Shown piece by piece: positions 4,935 to 5,976 of a stretch of DNA of 5,976 nt. Below the pieces are notes generated by a model, which searched no databases, had not been told where the DNA came from, and saw only the letters and a program-made list of their open reading frames with translations. The position numbers and the translations under genes were made by a program. The stretch lies in the IMG/VR virus record IMGVR_UViG_2713896787_000006. The stretch is one strand, 5' to 3'. Source of the DNA: a virus (Duplodnaviria > Heunggongvirae > Uroviricota > Caudoviricetes). The stretch's first letter is position 1; each line of letters opens with the position of its first letter.

Positions 4935-5976
4935 ATGGCTAACGCCTGGCTCAGATTATGGCATGACATGCCAAATGACCCTAAGTGGCGAACAATTGCC
5001 AGGGTGTCAGGGCAGCCAATTGCAACAGTGATGGCAGTGTATATCCACCTCCTGGTGAGCGCGTCACGAAATGTCACGCGAGGTCACATTGATGTCACGA
5101 CAGAAGATTTGGCAAGTGCGCTCGACGTGACAGAAGAGGTAATTGATTCAATTTTGCAGACGATGCAGGGGCGGGTACTTGATGGTGATTTAATCACTGG
5201 ATGGGAAAAACGCCAGGTGCTGAAAGAGGACAACGGCAATATTTCGCAAACCGCAAAATCTCCGGCAGAGCGCAAGAGGGCGCAGCGAGAGAGGGAAAGA
5301 AAGCGGGAACAAAATGGCGATTGTCACGGCGCGTCACGAAATGTCACGCACATGTCACGACGAGTCACGACAGATAAAGATACAGATAAAGATACAGATC
5401 AAGAAGATCAAAACACTATGGTCCATGGCGTAAAAAACGCCACGAACCAGGCAGGGGATGTTCAGACCGTCAATCCTGGTCAGCCAGCAGGCACGACACC
5501 GGAAGCCGATTCAGCGTATGCGCTGAAAGCCGATTCGGGCGCTGTGCAGCAGGTGATGACCGCAAGGCAGGAGCAATCACACCAACTTCAGCAGCCTGAA
5601 GCCGATTCCGCCATTCAGCGGGAAGCCGATCGGGTAGTCCCGGAAAACACCGGGCAGCCTGTGGGACGAGTGGATTATCCGGATGTGTTCGAACAGGTCT
5701 GGCGGGAATACCCGTTGCGTGCTGGGGCAAACCCGAAGAAATCCGCTTTCAGTGCCTGGAAGGCCAGATTACGCGAGGGGGTGCCACCAGAGGCCATACT
5801 GGATGGTGTGAGGCGTTACGCAAGATACCTGGCGGCTACCGGGAAAACGGGAACGGAATTTGTTCAGCGAGCGACGACGTTTTTTGGGCCGGACCGGAAT
5901 TTTGAAAACCCCTGGTTGCTCCCGGTAAGCGGCACGAACAACCAGCGTTGTGTGAATCATATTTCTGAACCGGATA
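4935..5976 (+). CDS. Partial CDS (3' end beyond window): phage replication initiator (O-like), ori iterons embedded, C-terminal region resembling the conserved phage replication-protein C-terminus (FEQVWREYP...KKSAFSAWKARL)
   Basis: ATG at 4935 with SD GAGGTGA; stop-free frame to the window end (347 codons: MANAWLRLWHDMPNDPKWRTIARVSGQPIATVMAVYIHLL...). Absent from the track because it has no in-window stop. All antisense track ORFs here are shorter and junk-like. Confidence 0.8.
   Translation, partial: MANAWLRLWHDMPNDPKWRTIARVSGQPIATVMAVYIHLLVSASRNVTRGHIDVTTEDLASALDVTEEVIDSILQTMQGRVLDGDLITGWEKRQVLKEDNGNISQTAKSPAERKRAQRERERKREQNGDCHGASRNVTHMSRRVTTDKDTDKDTDQEDQNTMVHGVKNATNQAGDVQTVNPGQPAGTTPEADSAYALKADSGAVQQVMTARQEQSHQLQQPEADSAIQREADRVVPENTGQPVGRVDYPDVFEQVWREYPLRAGANPKKSAFSAWKARLREGVPPEAILDGVRRYARYLAATGKTGTEFVQRATTFFGPDRNFENPWLLPVSGTNNQRCVNHISEPD
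5059..5100 (+). repeat. Iteron cluster 1: four (T)GTCACG repeats at 5063, 5073, 5083 (GTCACA) and 5094, 10-11 bp apart, plus an inverted copy CGTGAC at 5126-5131
   Basis: Direct inspection; a 21-bp block GCGCGTCACGAAATGTCACGC (5059-5079) is identical to 5329-5349. Confidence 0.55.
5321..5405 (+). repeat. Iteron cluster 2 (five GTCACG repeats at 5323, 5333, 5343, 5354, 5364) followed by three tandem 12-bp A-rich repeats ACAGATAAAGAT (5370-5405); candidate replication origin
   Basis: Direct inspection; repeats in helical phase (10-11 bp); resembles the lambda arrangement of iterons plus an AT-rich region inside gene O. The repeats encode ASRNVT... and TDKDTDKDTDQED in the protein. Confidence 0.5.

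Noticed and set aside
4445-5960. Minus-strand ORFs 4445..4801, 4811..5077, 5084..5275, 5470..5730, 5769..5960
   Set aside because: All antisense to the well-supported ydaT-like and replication-initiator CDSs; translations are Pro/Arg/Ser-rich and lack RBSs.
1-5976. CRISPR arrays, rRNA/tRNA genes, IS elements or integrase
   Set aside because: No regularly spaced direct repeats with unique spacers, no rRNA/tRNA-like structure, and no transposase or integrase-like ORF seen; the only repeats are the operator palindromes, the 19-bp inverted repeat pair and the ori iterons.

Overview
This 5976-bp window reads as the early/immunity region of a Rac-like lambdoid (possibly cryptic) enterobacterial prophage. 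Leftward (minus strand) there is a large acidic protein in the exo/RecE position (runs off the left edge, broken by an 89-N gap), then two small translationally coupled genes in the YdaE/KilR position. A ~550-bp structured non-coding spacer follows, then a small rightward gene, then a coupled 77-aa/216-aa leftward gene pair sitting directly under a PL-like promoter. Next is a 139-aa HTH repressor with no peptidase domain, divergent from a PR-like promoter driving a Cro-like (YdaS-family) gene, a YdaT-family (CII-like) gene, and the 5' ~1 kb of a replication-initiator gene carrying two iteron clusters (candidate ori). Five related TACC-N4-GGTA palindromes sit at the PL and PR promoters. The most promising leads for undescribed biology are the 77/216-aa pair, the structured spacer with a perfect 19-bp inverted-repeat pair, and a hidden transmembrane reading frame at 2512-2622. 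All protein-family calls are from reading the translations and from memory of family signatures; no database search was run.
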